Source: Octopus bimaculoides (Eukaryota). From it: DNA of 64,000 nt. The stretch spans positions 2,905,070 through 2,969,069 of the forward strand of contig NC_068985.1 in NCBI RefSeq assembly GCF_001194135.2. Reading direction: 5' to 3'. Position 1 is the stretch's first letter; every line of letters begins with the position of its first letter. Both the position numbers and the translations under genes were made by a program. The notes under the pieces were generated by a model. The model did not search any database and was not told where the DNA came from. It saw only the letters and a program-made list of their open reading frames with translations. Positions 63,999-64,000 of the stretch are shown one piece after another.

Positions 63999-64000
63999 GC

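Overview
Repeat-rich, AT-rich eukaryotic DNA, mostly intronic. The SINE, LINE and MITE families look like those of Octopus (coleoid cephalopod); this is inference from recalled repeat families, not a search result. One protein-coding gene is supported on the minus strand. It has two large, stop-free, phase-0 exons (29965-29210, 756 nt; 23322-22807, 516 nt) with canonical splice sites, encoding about 420 aa of Ser-rich, probably disordered protein that I cannot name. A candidate further exon lies at 14949-14791. The rest is transposon debris: Penelope-like (GIY-YIG) remnants, Dong/R4-like LINE 3' ends inside (TAA)n, RTE, a CR1/L2-type endonuclease, a Ty3/Gypsy pol relic, a mariner transposase relic, TA- and TTAA-flanked MITEs, several tRNA-derived SINE families, microsatellites and three N-gaps. 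Almost all ORF-track entries are spurious (microsatellite, gap or antisense-TE translations). No CRISPR array, rRNA or intact tRNA was found. The most interesting items are a Penelope/tRNA-head/hammerhead-ribozyme-like cluster at 26.1-27.2 kb and 61.5-61.7 kb, two pre-miRNA-like hairpins, and a splice acceptor whose branch point seems to be supplied by a microsatellite. Many TE boundaries are approximate.
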